The notes beneath the pieces were generated by a model, which saw only the letters and a program-made list of their open reading frames with translations, had not been told where the DNA came from and did no database searches. 64,000 nt of DNA, taken from assembly GCA_001938485.1 (NCBI GenBank), contig MQRK01167126.1:3389-67388 (forward strand). Direction: 5' to 3'. The stretch is from Girardia tigrina. Its lineage: Eukaryota. Every line of letters begins with the position of its first letter. Within the stretch, counting starts at the first letter, position 1. The position numbers and the translations under genes were made by a program. Positions 1 through 11,790 of the stretch are shown one piece after another.

Positions 1-231
1 TACCGCTTTGTATCGATCTTTCAGATCTCTGTCCAACAAACAAACGACTATTGTCTCTTGTTTGGCCTTCGCTATTCCTGCAAAATTAAAGAATGTTTCA
101 AATTCTTCAATAAATGTCTGCACATTATCGCCTTTCCTGTACTTTTCAGGTAACAGTTGACCCGTGAAGATATCCATTGCAGCGTTAGTCGCCATGTGAG
201 AAGTGGTTGCAACGTCTATATCAGAATTCAT
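1..231 (-). mobile_element. Ty3/Gypsy gag-like ORF, 5' part (runs off the window edge)
   Basis: Not in the ORF track. Hand translation from the ATG at 231 is open to base 1: MNSDIDVATTSHMATNAAMDIFTGQLLPEKYRKGDNVQTFIEEFETFFNFAGIAKAKQETIVVCLLDRDLKDRYKAV. This fits the Gypsy capsid N-terminal pattern P-x-x-(F/Y)-x-G-(D/E)...F-x-x-x-FE-x-(F/Y). Confidence 0.6.
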
Positions 232-326
232 TTTTTTAACACCAAAATTTTTAATTTTTTAAAATATTTAATAAGCAAATTAATATAAAAATATTTTACC
301 CTTTAAATTAAAAAATAATAAACTAT

Positions 327-2556
327 TCAGGCGAGATAAAAATTTAAAATTAACCCCTCATACAAATATTGAGAATTTTCGATTTCTCTTTTATTTTTGT
401 CCCCAAAAGTCTCATATCTTTTTTCACACATTTTTTCTTTTTGAACTTCTTCTCTCGATTCTTGTTTCTCTTTTGAAATATCGCTTATTATTGCTTCTGC
501 AGAAAAGATCCTTAATTCAATTTTTGTTCTTTCACTTTTAACTATTTTTTTTCTTTTTATTGCACTATGTTTAATTATTTCTGAACCAAGTTTCTTTTCT
601 GTCGAAGGTCGTTCCAGTATTATATCGAATCGTTTTTGTTCCACTTTTTGATTTTTAATTTTCACATATTCTATTTCTTTTACTTTGAGTGCTATTTTCT
701 CCAGTTTCAACATTTTAATTTCATTTTCTTTCAAACTTTTTCCAAATTGTTTAAGTGTTTCTTCTTTATTTACCAAAATTACTTTGGTTTCCTCCAACTC
801 ATCACATATTTTGACACAATCTTCAATTGACGATTCTAATTCATTTGTTAGAATATCGATTTCTTTTTCTAACATTTTCGTTTCTGATTTCATTTCCGAT
901 ATTTTCTTTGCATTTTCGTTCAATATTATTTCACAGTTTTTAGCTGATTTTTAATATCATTGTTTTCACAATACTAATCATTGTATATTTTACCACTATA
1001 TCTCAGTGTTAGTTAAAGCTTCGATTTCTTGATCTTTGTTTTTCAAATGTGTCTTGAGACTTTTTACCGACACATACTGATATTTTAGTTCACTTAACTC
1101 TCTCATTTTAATTTCGAGTTCTTCTTTCAATCTCTCTTTCTCTATGTTCGACAGCTCCAGTTCTTTCAAACACTCATTATATTTTTTGTCATTCTCCTTA
1201 ATCAATTGATGATAAAATTCAATTTTCTTTTCATTAGATTTCATTTTAGTACTCTCATCCTCCATTTTTACTTTTATTTTCTCTAATTCCAATGTTATAG
1301 CTGACAAGTCATGTTGTACGGATTCTAACTTTGTTTGATACTTTGACCAATTTTCTTCTGTGACTAATAATTTATATTTAGTTGTCTCTAACTGACGATT
1401 GACTCCTACTGATTTTTCTAAAATTTCTTTAATGTATATTTCTTTTTCTTTTAAAACTTTTTCATATTGTTTATGATCTTCTGATCTTCTTTTTCTGACT
1501 TTTCTTCATTTTTATAGTTCGTCTATTGTGTCTTCAATCTCGTTATGTTCACTTTTATATTTGAGAAAGTTTTCTTTGATCTTTTTTGTCTCTTCGGATA
1601 GTATTTTATTATCCATTTTAATATTTCCATTTTCGCCTTTAAGCTTTTTAATTTGATTTAAAATTACTTCTTGTAATTGATTTATCTCTATTGCCGACTT
1701 TTCGATTTTTGAATTCTCAAATAATTTTGTTTTGTTCCAAAATTCCTTGTCTTTATTAACCTCATATTCACCACTTTTGGTACTCTGTTTAAGAACTTTT
1801 AAATATTTTATAAAATTTAAACAAAGATCAGATGATTCCTTTTCGTCTGATTCTATCTTTATCCTCATTTGACTGATGATTTCAATTTGTTCAGATATTA
1901 GAATATTTTCTTTTAATCTTGACTCTAAATTATCAGTTCTTTCTTTTGATTCAATTTCGTTTTGGAAGCTCTCTCTTGTCCTTTTTCAACGATTTTATTT
2001 ACTTCTATTTTTTCCATGTGATCTTCAACTTCCTTATCGGCCAGAATAACTGTTTCAGTTCACTGCCCAACTTGTCTACTTCTTTTCTTTGGAGTTTTCT
2101 AGCCAACTTGATCATTATTCTATATTCATTTGAATTCTCTTCGTATATTTCTCTATATTTTTTGTTCAGCATTTTGAACTCTTCGTTATTATGACTAGAA
2201 TACTGGTCTTTCCTTGCACTATTAATCTGAAGTCTCCATCTTATTCTTTTGTTCAACTTCTCGTTCAACTGCTTATCTTTTTCGGAACTTCCTCCACACA
2301 AACGTAAGACGAAATGGAGAGTCGATTTCTTCTGGATGTTGTAATCGCTCAATCGACCATCTTCCAACTGTTTCCCGGCGAATATTAATCTCTGCTGGTC
2401 CGGTGAAATGCCTTCCTTATCTTGTATCTTCGATTTGATGTTCTCTATTTTATCGTTGGATTCAACCTCCAACATTATGGTTTTACCTGCTAACATTTTA
2501 ACAAATATTTGAATTTTTTTATAATTGCCGCTTTTCCCTGGGGGTTGAATCTTCAT
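327..2556 (-). pseudogene. Decayed long ORF: N-terminal ubiquitin domain fused to an extended Lys/Glu-rich coiled coil (~700 aa if restored); probable accessory ORF of the Gypsy element
   Basis: ORFs 1512-1868, 996-1307 and 327-923 share one frame and are separated by stop-containing patches. ORF 2005-2556 joins through frameshifts near 1975-2060. Composition is uniformly heptad/K-E-rich, and the ORF ends 95 bp before the gag ATG. Confidence 0.7.
2290..2514 (-). CDS. Ubiquitin domain within ORF 2005-2556
   Basis: [75 protein letters not shown]. All seven lysines, L8/I44/V70 and the terminal GG are retained. T55 is deleted in frame and R74 is changed to C. Confidence 0.95.
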
Positions 2557-2989
2557 GTACTTAATCGGATTACTGATATATTTGCCAAATTTTTATAAAA
2601 TTTTGATAAAAATTTTTTAATTATTATTAATAAAAATTTTACTTTTATTAGAAATTTTATAATTATTATTAGAAAATTATAATTATTAATCATACACACT
2701 TCAATTTTTATCATCACACCAAAAATAAAACTATAACATCAACACACAGCACTCCAAGCAAAATCAACACACCTGATAATGTTCATCATCGTCCTCTCTA
2801 TTCTGTAGCTCCAGACTCATTCTCCGCCAAACTCTGACATTTCTGAACGATCTTGGATCTTCGCTTTGACATTGTGCGAATCCGGTCCCTTTGATTTTGA
2901 TTTTTTGGGGACACAGCACCTGTACATTGGAATGGGAACACGGCCCCGACACATATTTGAATTTTGCGGACAGAAGCTTCATCTTGGCC

Positions 2990-3620
2990 ACCATTTTTTG
3001 GAGCGGAAGCCGTATCTCCATTCCAATTTTCCCATTAATTGAATTTTAAAATTGAGTTTTTTATGTTTCAACCAAATATCGAGTTTTTCTTTGACGTTTA
3101 TTATTTCTGATTTTAATTTAATTTGTCTTTGCCTTTTTTGGTCAATTCCATAAATTCTTTTCTTGTTTTCTTTTACCATTGTGTAATAATAGTTTGAAAA
3201 TCGATCAAATTTCAAATTCCGACTTTTTATTTTTATTCAGAAATAAGCCAGAAAAGAAGTTCAAACTTTTATTTTTAAATTGTTTTTCAAAATTGTGACA
3301 ACTCAGTCACATACACAAATTTACCAATTGATCCATTCAAACAAAACTCAAGAATGAATCAACTATTTCTAGATAACTTTACAGTATTTACAACAAAAAG
3401 CATTCACAGACAAATTGCAAATAACAAACAGCACGTACAAAAAATCAATTTATTTAATTTAATTTTTTCTTTGTAATGTCTTTTTATTATTTTAATTATT
3501 TAATTTAATTATTTTTTATTAATTATATATTTTATATAATTTATTTATGAATTTTACTAAATAGGCAAAATGTTCGGTCAAACAGATAAATTTCCGCTCC
3601 ACTTTCCATCTTCCAAAGGC
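2990..3620 (-). repeat. Dispersed repeat family A, copy 1 (probable LTR/5' leader of the Gypsy element)
   Basis: The reverse complement of 3064-3108 matches 54084-54128 (agaaataataaacgtcaaagaaaaactcgatatttggttgaaaca). The reverse complement of ~3500-3600 matches 8710-8810 (ttttgcctNtttagNaaaattcataaataaattatataaaa). Confidence 0.7.
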
Positions 3621-4999
3621 GGTGCATCCACTTTTACTTCAGTCCTCGCATTTTTCATTACTACTACTATATATTTATTCAGTGCTCTTGCCATCAGAAT
3701 TTAAGGTCAATGTTTTATGAATATAAGGTTCAAGGTTGTAACATATTAATGTTGATGTTGAATCTGATCCATTAGGCATTTTCCTCCTCTTTGATGGGTG
3801 AATGGTTTTCCTATTTGCAACTTTAGCTGTTGAGTACCCAATTTATCCTTTGCTTTCCACTTGTAGATGGGACAGTTGTTTGTCTTCAGTTTATAACCAT
3901 CCGCCGTTTACTTTAGTTATGTCAAAAGTTCATTCAAAAAAACATTGGTTCTCCTCTTGACACATTTATCATAAGTCATAAGCATATTGTCAATTTTTTT
4001 GGTAACACTTGATCCAAAACATGTGGAATATTTAGTCTATTCTTCCCTAATTGTTTAACTTCTTTGGAAATTTCCCCTATTCGCTTCTTTCTTCCTTTAG
4101 TCTCGACCTTGAGTAACACGCGACATTTGTCTTCCAGTGAAGCTTCTTGTTAAGGCACAATCCCTCTTCTTCCATTCGACTGCTAAAATCTCACCAATTT
4201 ATTGGTCCAGATATCCTCGTTCTTCTGAATAGTAGAACCATGTATCCCGTGTGGCATTATATATAACCGCTGATTTATAATTTGATTAACCAACTTTTAC
4301 TTAAATAAATACAGATAGTAAAAAGTTAGCCATTTTTTAAGTTTTTAAAGCAGTGCAATGTAAATTTAAATGTTAATAATTAATTTTAAGTTAATATTTG
4401 ATTTTCCACTAATTGTCTGACCTCACTCCTTATGTGATGTGTCAGATAGATGGTGATTAGAACATTTGTTTTGGGGTCACCATTTTTTAAAATTGGGATA
4501 AAATAAGGCCATTTTCATTGTTTCTAAGCTAAAGTTCATCAATTTATGATACTGGAAATCATTTATGTGAGAAAAAGTAAAAAATTTATAACTTTATTGC
4601 ATATATTCAAGATATATCATATCAGCAATAACAACTAAATTTAAACTATGTACATCTTGCAATATTAAGAAGAATAAAATTTTATTATTTTACAAAAATA
4701 AATATGAAAGATTAGACAAATATTATTTTTATTTTCAGGTTACGGAACAACAGATTGGCGTAAGCTTTAATAATTTTAAGATGTACTTCGAGCGAAATAA
4801 TGTGAACCGGTAGGATGTAGTTATTGATGATGGATATCTAAAGCTTCAAACATGCTTAAATTATAGCGATGTAGCAGTGTCATATTCGTATAGACATTTC
4901 TACGCTCTCACGGAACAAATTATTTATAAACTTATCAATATTATAACAGAATTAGATCATGAACGAATGATCATTTTTTATAAAATTAAGTTTATAATA

Positions 5000-5854
5000 A
5001 TGATTTATTTTCTAATTATTCAAGTAAATATCGCTCTTGTGATGAGTGAATCGTGCTCGAATATTCGATGTTTTGTCTCTCATAATAATTCAAATAAATA
5101 TTTTGACTGTTCTCGGATGAACAGAGACACAAATTTGTCAGAAATGATAAGTATAAGTTGTGAATATGAATATAAAACATTGACATTGTCGAATACTGAA
5201 TCGGGTACCCTCGATATAGACGGATTCGCTCCCGGAGTTATGGATAGAATAAAAATGGAATTTCCGAATATAAATCATTTGAGAATTAATCATATAAGAA
5301 TAAATCACATTCGACGAATCGATATTCATCATCTATCAAATATAGCCTTCCTCACCATCGTGGACCCTTTGAAGATTGACAGAGATTCTTTTGTCGATAT
5401 TAATCATTCACGAATGTTTATTCTTTATATTCAATGTGGAAATGAAATAGTAAATCATCATTTGAATTATTCTTTTATATTGAAAATACAAAAGTGGAGA
5501 ATAATTCAACGAGATTGTTCCTATGGATTCAAATGTACAAAAGATATTTGTGGAGATAAATTTGTTGCTGAGTTCGAATTCAGAATTGAAGAATCAGAAA
5601 TAAATGAAAGAATTTTAAATTATCGAAGTTGTACGATAAGTAATAAATCGTGTTTACCAGCGACATCGTCGACCCATTCGACCACCTCGATTATCGAAAG
5701 AATCGACAGAAATAATATTTCTTTGAAGGAAAAATTAAATCTTACAACTAAAAATGCTTATACAAACATTATTGAATTATTTATATTTATATTTCTTATT
5801 TTGATAGTCATTAGTTTTGAAATAATTTTTTCAATTATTTCTAATAAAAATTAA
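5000..5854 (+). CDS. Intronless predicted surface protein: signal peptide, Cys-rich cap, LRR-like repeats, Cys-rich cap, Ser/Thr stalk, C-terminal hydrophobic anchor (copy 1)
   Basis: The ATG at 5000 (MIYFLIIQVNIALVMSE) matches the start of the paralog at 18947. Motifs: FPNINHLRINHIRINHIRRIDIHHLSNIAFLTI, CSYGFKCTKDIC, PATSSTHSTTS, IIELFIFIFLILIVISFEIIF. AATAAA overlaps the end. Confidence 0.75.
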   Translation: MIYFLIIQVNIALVMSESCSNIRCFVSHNNSNKYFDCSRMNRDTNLSEMISISCEYEYKTLTLSNTESGTLDIDGFAPGVMDRIKMEFPNINHLRINHIRINHIRRIDIHHLSNIAFLTIVDPLKIDRDSFVDINHSRMFILYIQCGNEIVNHHLNYSFILKIQKWRIIQRDCSYGFKCTKDICGDKFVAEFEFRIEESEINERILNYRSCTISNKSCLPATSSTHSTTSIIERIDRNNISLKEKLNLTTKNAYTNIIELFIFIFLILIVISFEIIFSIISNKN

Positions 5855-5991
5855 AATGTTGTTATTTTTGAAAAAAAATCATTATATTTTTTTAATTGAA
5901 GAAAATATTAATTTATCATTTTGTAAAGCAAATACTTATTAACATAGCAATGTAAAATCTATCTACAAATCTATGTAAAAGGTATGAAAAG

Positions 5992-6415
5992 AAGACAATG
6001 CATTTTTAGATCAAAATCCAATCATCAGGTCATTCCACACCACACATTATACAGAACAATACAATAATTAAAAAAACATTTTACCAATAAGTCATTAGAT
6101 TAAAATGAATTTATTTCATTTTTCCTAAAAAATAAGTAAGAATACTCTAAATGCGATAGATTACACACGGAACGATAGAGTAAACGTATCGTTTTCTCAT
6201 ATGTCCATTGAAAGCTGCCAATCGTTGGTTTGCATGCATGGAATTGATTGCTTTTAATGAATCTGTGCTTAATTTTTTTAAATAAATTCATTTTAATCCA
6301 ATAATTTATTGGTAAAATGTTTTTTAATAATTGTATAGCCCGTATATTTTATTTGTTTAAAACATAGTGTGGATTTACTTGAGGTTGTAATCCTTTTATC
6401 AAAACGCAGCGTCTT
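5992..6415. mobile_element. Foldback / MITE-like imperfect inverted repeat
   Basis: 6059-6116 is the near reverse complement of 6280-6336. The outer arms (aagacaatgcattt... / ...aaaacgcagcgtctt) also pair imperfectly. Confidence 0.6.
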
Positions 6416-8564
6416 TTGAACAATCGATTGATAATGAGAAAATTAAGATCAAATACTTAAGAAAAATAAAGACCACCGATTGAAATAATTCTAAGTTAAT
6501 ATCAATTAAAAAATAAAAAAGATATACAGTATATTTTTTAATATTTTGAAAACTATGTGAATATTTATGCAATCGATTTAATTATAATCAGTGTTAATTT
6601 TTACTAATAAAATTAATTATTTGTTATTTTGACCCCCAGTTACAAGGAAATGACAAAAAGAAGTTTTCCCCAAAAATGTAAAAATGGGATTTCGAATTCC
6701 ATTGGGGGTTTATTAATTTTTAATAACAATGTATAGTTATGGAAGCGACGATGATTACAAATTTTAAGTCAGAATCAAGATTATAAATCAGTCTACACTG
6801 CTTATCCATTTCGTGGAAGTATACGTATATATGTTTAAAACCGTGACATTCGGGAAAAGGTTAAAATTCTTGTACAGAACTTATTCATTTTAGGGGTTAG
6901 TTAAAATTTTCGATTCGCCGATTAATTTATAATTTTTTTATTTAAAATTTAAAAAAAATGAAATAATTATTAAAGAAAAACTAAAACAGTTCACATTAAA
7001 TAAAGTCGATATATTTAAATAGAGAAATAAACAGTTAAAATTTTAAAATAAGAATTTTAAAATAAATAGTAGACGAAATAAAATCTATAATCTAAATATA
7101 TAATAAAAGGCTACGAAATTATTTTTAAATAAATTAAAATTAGATTAAATAGTTTTAAAAAATAATTTGAAAGAAATTAGAGTAAATTAAATTTAATAAT
7201 TTTATTTGTATTTAGAATATATTTTATAAATAAATTTTAATAATAAAAAGTTTGATCAAATAAAAATTTCTAAAAATGTTATAGAAAATAATAAATTAAA
7301 TTGATAAAATTAAAATTAGGATAAAATTGAGGATAATAATTTAAACGAAATTAATTAATGATTTGGCAAAATGAAAAAAATACCACTGCTTATGATGCCT
7401 TGATTTATCTCTGTCATTCTGATACCTTATATTTTTTCCGTATTAAATTACAGAAATTATCAAGATATTTATTTTTATTTATTGTCAATGATTAATTTGA
7501 TAATTTCTGTCATTAGAGTCATTTCTTTATAGTTCCATTTAAAGACAAATAATTGATAGATTGTTCCTTTAATACCAAAAAAATACTTCCAGAGAATCGT
7601 ATATATTGAGTCCGTGTTCAGAAGAAGAAAACTTCGTTAATTATATTTGAGAAATTCTTAAAATTTATTCGTTTCTTTAAAAATAAAAAAAATTTGTGTG
7701 TTTATTTGCCTGTAAAAATATCATATTATATTATATTATTGAATCAATTAAACATAAATATTCAGTGAATAATCTACTTCAAAATTATAATAATTTAACA
7801 GACCAAAATATTTGATGACATTTTCTAAAGATTGCATATACATCTTTCATTTACTTTTGTGGATGCCATAAATAAAATTTTATATTAATTAGATACATTT
7901 TTCGTAGTTTGAAAGACAACGCGCCATATCCCCAGTAAAATTCCTAACTACAAAATTTTATTAAAATATAAATAAAATAACGTTATTATTTTCATTGACA
8001 AATTATATGATACTTGATTCATTATATTAATCTTCATAATATGAAAAAGGCGGGGGGTGCAGATGGCAGATATAAATTTTGTTTTGATTGTAAGAAGAAA
8101 TATTTCATAAAATTTTTTTGATTAGCATTTTTGCATTGCCTTTGGATCTGTATGGTGAGAATTTGATGTTTTCTATTATTGACTATTTTAATGGCTGTCG
8201 ATATTGAATTCAAAAGAAATATTTTCTAGTTGGATGAGTTTCGAATATCGTGGTTAAAATGTTTTGGTTTTTTAAAAATAAATCTGTATAAAATTATGAA
8301 GAAAATATACTTTTACGTTATTATTCATTTATATATTCGTTTTACATACTCAACTTCACTGATGCCTTTCTCAAGGATGCCACTGATGTATCCCTGTGAA
8401 GATCATTGACCGGCTTCATTTCGAGAACAGAGATCTTTTACTGGTCTAACACTGGATAAAACTCAAATATAAAACATAATAAATATTAATTAAATATTGA
8501 CTTACTCAAAATAAATGGGCTTATATGCATTAAATCAAGAAAGCCATTAAAATCAAATTTTATT

Positions 8565-8606
8565 GTCGCAATATATTTCGGTGGATTTTCCACCATCTTC
8601 AGGCTA
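8565..8606 (-). ncRNA. Minimal hammerhead ribozyme-like motif, partly degenerate
   Basis: Minus strand reads tagc CTGAAGA t GGTGG aaaat CCACC GAAA tatatt gc. The core, a perfect 5-bp stem II and a palindromic stem III are present; stem I is weak. Confidence 0.55.
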
Positions 8607-8689
8607 AATTAACAACAATTTTGTTGTCTTATATATAGCAAATTGATGATTATGCAAACATTTTGCGTAATAACTAATTAAATATTCTC

Positions 8690-9480
8690 AACAAATTGGA
8701 AGAGAGACATTGGACCGGAAATTAATCCGGTTTTACTGAAAATTTTGCCTGTTTAGCAAAATTCATAAATAAATTATATAAAATATATAATTAATAAAAA
8801 TAATTAAAAATAAATAAGTTAAATAAATTAATTAATTAGGTTAATGAATAAAGTAAATTAAATAGATTAAATAAGTTTAAAATTAATTAGTAAGTAAAAA
8901 TAACAATAATTTAATTAAATTAACGTATTGTAAAATGATTAAATAAATAAGCTTGTAATTCCTTGAATGTTTTTTTAATTAATTTATTAAATAACATAAA
9001 TTAAATATAGTTTCTTTGTTTTCAAAATTAAAAAGAATTGGAAAATTTGTTCATTGGAATTTGATCGCGTCATTCCTTTTTGTTTTACATGAAGCATTGG
9101 AAAATGAATATCGATAAGTTTTGTAAAATAGAATTGAAATTCTGTGTGTGTTGTACAAATGAAATGTGAATGTATGCGTGTAACAAAAAATGTTAAATGC
9201 ATGTTTGAATGTGAATCTGTATGTTTGAAACTATGATTGATTAAATGTGTGTGCCTTTTTTTTAAAATGATTTGATTGGAGGTGCTTGTGTGTGTGCTCT
9301 AATTTCATGTAAAAAAATTTTCTATCAGAATTAATCACAATTTTAATCAATAAAAATTTTTGAAAATTAGCTCGTTTTCTCTTTATTCAAATTGATATAA
9401 AAAAAGTTTATGTGCTGTTTTTTTTTATAAAAAATTCCCAATGGCTATTAATGTCTCAACGAACTTTTCGTCTAAGTTGA
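8690..9480 (+). repeat. Dispersed repeat family A, copy 2
   Basis: 8710-8810 matches the reverse complement of ~3500-3600. 9438-9476 (ccaatggctattaatgtctcaacgaac) matches 53844-53882. Confidence 0.6.
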
Positions 9481-9947
9481 TAAATTAAGTTATAATAGAT
9501 AAGTTATAATAAGTTATTATTATTATTATAAGTTAACCAAATTGAGAAAGCATGAAGTCGAATCGTTGCCTTGTTGGACCGAGTAAGACAAAATATAATC
9601 AGAATTGTACGACAATTTATATTTCGAGTCTGAGTTTATATCATCAATTAAATTGTCAATCATTTACTATTTAATTTCAACAAATAAACTCGTGATAAAA
9701 ACCTTTACATTCAGTCACAAGATTTTTTATCAATTCAAATTTTTACACATTAATTGTTTTATTTAAACCAGGATCAAATTCTGAATAACTTTTTAAATTT
9801 TTTTTATTAATTGTCCTTCAATTATTGGATCATCACAGTAATAAATTAAATATGTATTAAAATAAAATATCAAAATATAAAAGAAAATTAAATAAATTAT
9901 AAAAACTAAAATTGTAAATTGTTTAAATATACCAAATTATAAAATAA

Positions 9948-10619
9948 CTAGAAAAAGCCCGTCATATATGACGGATGAGCTGAATTTTCGACTTTGAAAA
10001 ATTCTGTTTTAATTTTTAAATCGTAATTATTATAATTTATTATTTAGAATTCTGCCTTGATTTAACAGCCGGTCAACTAATTCGGCTCCAGGGGCCTTTT
10101 GGAAGGAAGATAATGATTGAACGTTAATTATTAAAAAAATTAACCTAAACACTAATTATAACCTTAACCATAACCTAAATCCTAACCCCAACCAAAACCA
10201 TAAACCCTAAACCTTCACACGAACACTAACCCTAATCTTAACCCCTAACCCAAATAAAATGTTGATATTATTATTAATGACGAAATTTTGCAAATTCATA
10301 TTACATTGATTTTTAGTAAAATAATTAGTAAATAAGTGATAGAAATCGTCATTAATCAATTGTAGGAATCATTTCGGCATTATTCAAAATCGGTGTTGAT
10401 TTAACAATCTTACGACCTATACGGTTTTCGGTCGATTTCGTCGGCTTTCAAGCGTCTTTCGGCAAAGAAAAAAAATAAATGTCTCAATGAGGGCTATCCA
10501 AATGAAACACGTCCTTACTAGGATTTGCTCAGGTAATTCCGAAATTTCGCATTTTGATAATAGTGTGATAGACAAACAAACATACGTTTTAGACAAATTA
10601 TATATATATATATATATAT
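9948..10619 (-). mobile_element. Non-autonomous Helitron
   Basis: Minus-strand 3' end is CTAG followed by T (9948-9951), preceded by the perfect 16-bp palindrome ccgtcatatatgacgg (9959-9974). The other end has gacaaacaaacatac plus (TA)n, the microsatellite-type 5' end seen in invertebrate non-autonomous Helitrons. Confidence 0.6.
10141..10251 (+). repeat. Degenerate interstitial (CCCTAA)n-like tract
   Basis: Repeated taacct/taaccc/aaccctaa units. Confidence 0.7.
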
Positions 10620-10837
10620 TGTGCTTGTTTTATCGCAATTTAAATTTTTGTGCTAATTTTGTCAAACGAATTCTTATGTTCAGAGACATTTAGATTTCAT
10701 GTTGCAAATTTGTGATTTACTTTTTAGCTGAATTAATATTTCGTCAAATAAAATGTAATTTTTAATTTTGCAATTTTATTCAAAGAAAATTAATGAAAGG
10801 ACACATTAAAACCCTTCAAATAGATGAATTGGTGTTC

Positions 10838-11790
10838 TTAAAGATCATTAAGCATCATCCAGACGAAAATGTTGAACAACAATAAATTTTTGTGATTGTC
10901 GGCTAATGATGTTCCTGATTCCAGTCTTCTTCTGCTCACAGACTGATCCAGTGAATGTAGTAGGGCTCTAATAACAGCATTTGATACACCGCTCAAACAT
11001 TCATTTACCACGGCACGTGAAGACTTTCTCGTAGTCACTGTTGATTCTCTATTATGCCCTCGTACTTTGGAAACATTTGCATGGATTGTTGAACGATTAC
11101 ATGAATGATTTACTGTAATACTAACCTCGTTCTCTGTATTTGTTTGAGCTCGATTTAGGCATTTCTCCGTGGTGGGCCTCCCATCTCTTTCGAATGATAT
11201 TGAGCCTCTTGGCTCTTTAAAGGGTCCACTCAAACCAAAGAATCACTAGCAGACCCCCGATAGGTCTCCTACGGGGTCGGATATCTTTTTCGGCTCCGAC
11301 ATCTTTTCGGCTTCCCTGTGAGAAACGACCACCCATGGGTTGTATAATAATTGTTCTGCATACCTTTGGCTGTATTCGTGGACTTCGTACAGCCGCAAAA
11401 GCGACATCTGAACTTTCCCCTTGCAGTTAGATCTGCAATCCTAAAAGTCAGATGTGTTTCTTCAGTATCTATCGCTTCCTCCACCGCAGACGAGATAGTC
11501 GGGGGTTCCGTCACGCATTGAATCTAGTTGCCTGGAATGTTTAGGTTTTCCACGACTCTTTCTTCTGAGCTATTTGTTATACTCGTTTTCGCCTGTGTCA
11601 TTGTTGGTTCTCCAATTTCTTCTGTCTCCTCCAATTTATGATCCCTGTACAGGTGCCTGATCAGTCACCCCTTCGTTTTGTACGACTTTTTGCTTTCTTT
11701 TCGGTAAACTCCTTGTGGCATCTTTCTACTGGATATTGGTGACGTTTATCTCTCTCGTTGATCAGCTTTGGAACAGTTGTTCTTGTCCTT
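10838..11790 (-). mobile_element. Decayed non-LTR retrotransposon 5' part with two C2H2-type zinc fingers and RT-like remnants
   Basis: KKSYKTKG*LIRHLYRDH and FRCRFCGCTKSTNTAKGMQNNYYTTH. Further downstream, SGVSNAVIRALLHSL...LLLFNIFV resembles the LINE RT region. Many stops and frameshifts. Confidence 0.5.

Noticed and set aside
636-2194. Plus-strand Phe/Ser/Ile-rich ORFs
   Set aside because: Antisense shadows of the K/E-rich coiled-coil ORF.
2764-3215. ORFs with faint RPL37a-like words (GK...RYG, LQKMVAKM)
   Set aside because: The C4 zinc-finger spacing is absent, and the same DNA recurs at 54050-54200 with no conserved frame, so it is a non-coding repeat.
4877-4999. 41-codon N-terminal extension of the 325-aa ORF
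   Set aside because: It has a GTG start and is absent from the paralog; the signal peptide begins at the ATG at 5000.
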